64,000 bases of DNA from Aureliella sp. (lineage in GTDB: Bacteria > Planctomycetota > Planctomycetia > Pirellulales > Pirellulaceae). Within the stretch, counting starts at the first letter, position 1. Each line of letters begins with the position of its first letter. Both the position numbers and the translations under genes were made by a program. A model generated the notes under the pieces. The model saw nothing but the letters and a program-made list of their open reading frames with translations. It was not told the origin of the DNA and made no database searches. The DNA is taken from positions 3,072,001 through 3,136,000 of the forward strand of contig OY829846.1 in NCBI GenBank assembly GCA_963691875.1, given 5' to 3'. This document shows, piece after piece, positions 62,019 to 64,000 of the stretch.

Positions 62019-63713
62019 TTACTTGCATCCGCAACCGCTGCTAACCGAACCGCATCCGCCGCAACCGGTGTTGACTGGCACGTTAACTTCTTGAGCAACC
62101 ATAATCGTCTTGCACACTTGAACTTCCTTTTGGGTCGTTACAGGAACGCAAACGGTGTACTTCTCAACCTTGTCTTCGTTCACACGATCCATAACAGTCA
62201 CGGTGTACTCTTGATCCTCTTCAACAGTATCGTACTCAGTTACGGTGTACTCACGAGTCTTCTCAACTGGAACTTGAACTTGCACTTGGCGAGTTCGTTT
62301 TTCAGTTGACCAAGTGGTCTTAGGAACCGTGCGAGTGCGCGACTCTTGAATTGTCTTGCAAACTTGTTGCTGACGAGTGCGTTCTTCAGTGGTGTAGCTG
62401 CACTTCTTGACCGTACGAGTTTGTTGCTCTTGGCGGTACTTGGTTACTCGGTACTCTTGCGAACGTTCCTCTTGACGGCAACGATTGACCGTAATCGTGC
62501 GGCTACGCTCTTCCATACGGGTCTTAGGAACGTTAACCATGCGGCTTCGCTCTTCCATACGAGTCTTTTGAATGGTGACCATTCGAGTCTTTTCTTCGGT
62601 GCGGTACTTCGTAACCGTCACAGGACGAGTGCGAGTCTCGGTACGGCACTTACGAACCATGTAGGTGTAAGGCTGCTCAACTTGCTGAGTCTTGTAAGTG
62701 GTGCAAGGAACTTGCTCGGTAACGATATTTGGAACCCAAACGCGACGCTGAACAGTGCGAGTGCAACCAGTAGGAGCGCATCCTCCACAAGGGCTACCGC
62801 ATCCACCACAACCGGTGTTTTGAGCGCAGCCACCACAAGGATTTGCAGCAACTTCTTGGGTAACGCACTGGTAACTACCCATGTCCTTGGTGACGGTTCG
62901 CATGGTTGTTACAGGAACGCGCTGGCAAACAGTGCGAGTCGCAGTAACTTCCTCGGTGTAAGGAACTTGAACGGTATAGTCGACATTGTTGGTTTCGGTG
63001 TAAGGAACCTGAACCATGTACTTCTGCTCAACTTCCTCGGTGTAAGGAACACAAACGCTGAACTTCTGTTCTGCTTGCTCAGTGTAAGGAACGCAGACGG
63101 TGTACTTTTGCTCAACTTGCTCTGTGTACGGAACGTTGACCATATAGGTACGAGTCTTGGTTTCTTGGTGAGGAACGCAGACGGTTACAGGAACTTTAAG
63201 GTCGGTCCAAACAGGAACTTGCACAGTGTAAGGAACTTCGATGGTTTCCATCTTTTTTACGTTAACCATGTATTCCTCTTCCACCTGAGTGGTAGTAGGA
63301 ACTTGGACTTCGTACTCTTCGTCCTTCGTTTGGCATTCCATGACGGTGTAGTTTTGAGTCTTCTTCACTTCACGAGGTACACACTTGGTGACCTTGCGAG
63401 TACGAGTCTCTTCGCGTGGTACACACTTGGTCACGGTAACAGTGCGCTCACGAGTTTCTGGTTCCATCGTGGTTACGTCGACCATTTGGGTCTCCATAAC
63501 ACGTTGTGGCACCATGATGGTCTTCGTGGTGTACGTGGTACCACAACCAGATACAGTGCCACATCCGCCACAGCCGGCTGTGGAACCGCAGCCACCGCAA
63601 TCGGAGCTGACGGTGGTTCCGCAATCGCCACAGTTGCCGCAATGCGCGTGGACGGAGCTGGTAGCACACATCGCGACCAACGCGACCAGTAAAAAGAAGG
63701 GGCGAAATTTCAT
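62019..63713 (-). CDS. Secreted YTV-repeat, Cys/Val/Thr-rich planctomycete envelope protein
   Basis: Signal peptide, three CGGC clusters, 14-aa YTVxVP repeats. Confidence 0.85.
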   Translation of the reverse strand: MKFRPFFLLVALVAMCATSSVHAHCGNCGDCGTTVSSDCGGCGSTAGCGGCGTVSGCGTTYTTKTIMVPQRVMETQMVDVTTMEPETRERTVTVTKCVPREETRTRKVTKCVPREVKKTQNYTVMECQTKDEEYEVQVPTTTQVEEEYMVNVKKMETIEVPYTVQVPVWTDLKVPVTVCVPHQETKTRTYMVNVPYTEQVEQKYTVCVPYTEQAEQKFSVCVPYTEEVEQKYMVQVPYTETNNVDYTVQVPYTEEVTATRTVCQRVPVTTMRTVTKDMGSYQCVTQEVAANPCGGCAQNTGCGGCGSPCGGCAPTGCTRTVQRRVWVPNIVTEQVPCTTYKTQQVEQPYTYMVRKCRTETRTRPVTVTKYRTEEKTRMVTIQKTRMEERSRMVNVPKTRMEERSRTITVNRCRQEERSQEYRVTKYRQEQQTRTVKKCSYTTEERTRQQQVCKTIQESRTRTVPKTTWSTEKRTRQVQVQVPVEKTREYTVTEYDTVEEDQEYTVTVMDRVNEDKVEKYTVCVPVTTQKEVQVCKTIMVAQEVNVPVNTGCGGCGSVSSGCGCK

Positions 63714-64000
63714 TCAGGATCTCCTCACGAGGTTTCTCTAATGCTTAAGCGACTAAGCCCGGGACTCTATCGCTACGGGCAGCAGAGACTTGAAATATTA
63801 CAATACCGTAAAAAACTTCGGCACCGGCGGTAGACCTCCAGCAGGGTTCAGCTTGTCGCTGTATTTTACCCATGTTTGCACCAGCTTTTTACCCATTTTT
63901 CTCAGAGCTCTAACCCAAACACACACCGACTTCCCGGCTTTGCAACTAGCTCTGTGGCGAGACTACGCACTCGGATCCTCACTACCCCGGCGGAAAGTCG

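Noticed and set aside
62061..63545. Regular cross-strand disulfide ladder in the YTV hairpin
   Set aside because: Arm cysteine positions do not consistently sum to the mirror register, so intramolecular pairing is not supported
62346..63692. 448-aa ORF on the + strand
   Set aside because: Antisense shadow of the repetitive YTV gene, with no recognisable protein features

Overview
Chromosomal segment of a Planctomycetota bacterium (Pirellulaceae-like), judged from three DUF1501 genes, a PSCyt1/DUF1549/DUF1553 cytochrome, two DUF1559 pilin-like genes, sulfatases, a LEPR-XLL/DUF4347 giant protein and a YTV-repeat protein. It holds about 42 CDS, including housekeeping genes (ubiE/menG, def, uvrB, rph) and four decayed or frameshifted genes. 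I found no rRNA, tRNA, CRISPR array or intact mobile element. The most notable signals are: (1) a secreted YTV protein whose two ~234-aa arms are in exact mirror register, implying one giant beta-hairpin; (2) a type IV filament-like operon with three tandem PilC/GspF paralogues, an I/J/K-like minor pilin triplet and a DUF1559 pilin but no ATPase, next to comEA-uvrB and a divergent secretin-like lipoprotein; (3) a PspA-like/FHA/Ser-Thr kinase/ECF sigma module with a TSED-for-DAED motif; (4) a kinase fused to an apparently ATPase-dead Hsp70; (5) a cytochrome P460-like domain fused to a pentaheme cytochrome; (6) a TolC gene divergent from a 2.6-kaa adhesin. All family calls come from motif recognition by eye; no searches were run.
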